Below are positions 63,970-64,000 of a DNA stretch of 64,000 bases, piece by piece (positions within the stretch are counted from its first letter, which is position 1; the number at the start of each line of letters is the position of its first letter). This DNA comes from a virus. A program made the position numbers and the translations under genes. The stretch is from IMG/VR virus record IMGVR_UViG_3300041409_000348, positions 39,564 through 103,563 of that record; one strand, 5' to 3'. The notes below the pieces were generated by a model that ran no database searches, was not told where the DNA came from, and was given only the letters and a program-made list of their open reading frames with translations.

Positions 63970-64000
63970 CAGATGCTCGTCCCGGTTCAGGCAGTCACTC

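Noticed and set aside
1-64000. tRNA/rRNA genes, attL/attR ends, host chromosomal genes
   Set aside because: None recognised by eye; tRNAscan-SE and flanking sequence would be needed to exclude them.

Overview
A high-GC actinobacterial tailed-phage (siphovirus-like, probably temperate) genome segment. The + strand carries an almost complete virion operon: terminase, portal, MuF-like protein, protease/scaffold, capsid, head-tail joining proteins, tail tube, chaperones, tape measure, minor tail proteins and a repeat fibre, then a GH25 endolysin and holins. This operon is repeatedly interrupted by three DNA methyltransferases, five HNH endonuclease cassettes and many small - strand 'moron' genes with their own, mostly leaderless, promoters. 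The right arm has accessory genes, a tyrosine recombinase with a perfect dif-like 11-6-11 site, and regulators. Main observations: (1) a two-gene operon encoding a flavohaemoglobin (globin + FAD/NAD reductase) and an apparently intact nitric-oxide synthase oxygenase, divergent from a secreted micro-peptide and an orphan DUF397 gene; (2) two structural genes (portal and a neck protein) are each broken exactly at a rare TTA codon and need a +1 hop, suggesting UUA-triggered translational bypassing; (3) a small gene with an in-frame TGA followed by a SECIS-like hairpin; (4) likely ATC start codons for the tape measure and one other virion gene; (5) a shared promoter + hairpin leader on all five HNH cassettes. 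All calls are from visual motif recognition; no database searches were run.
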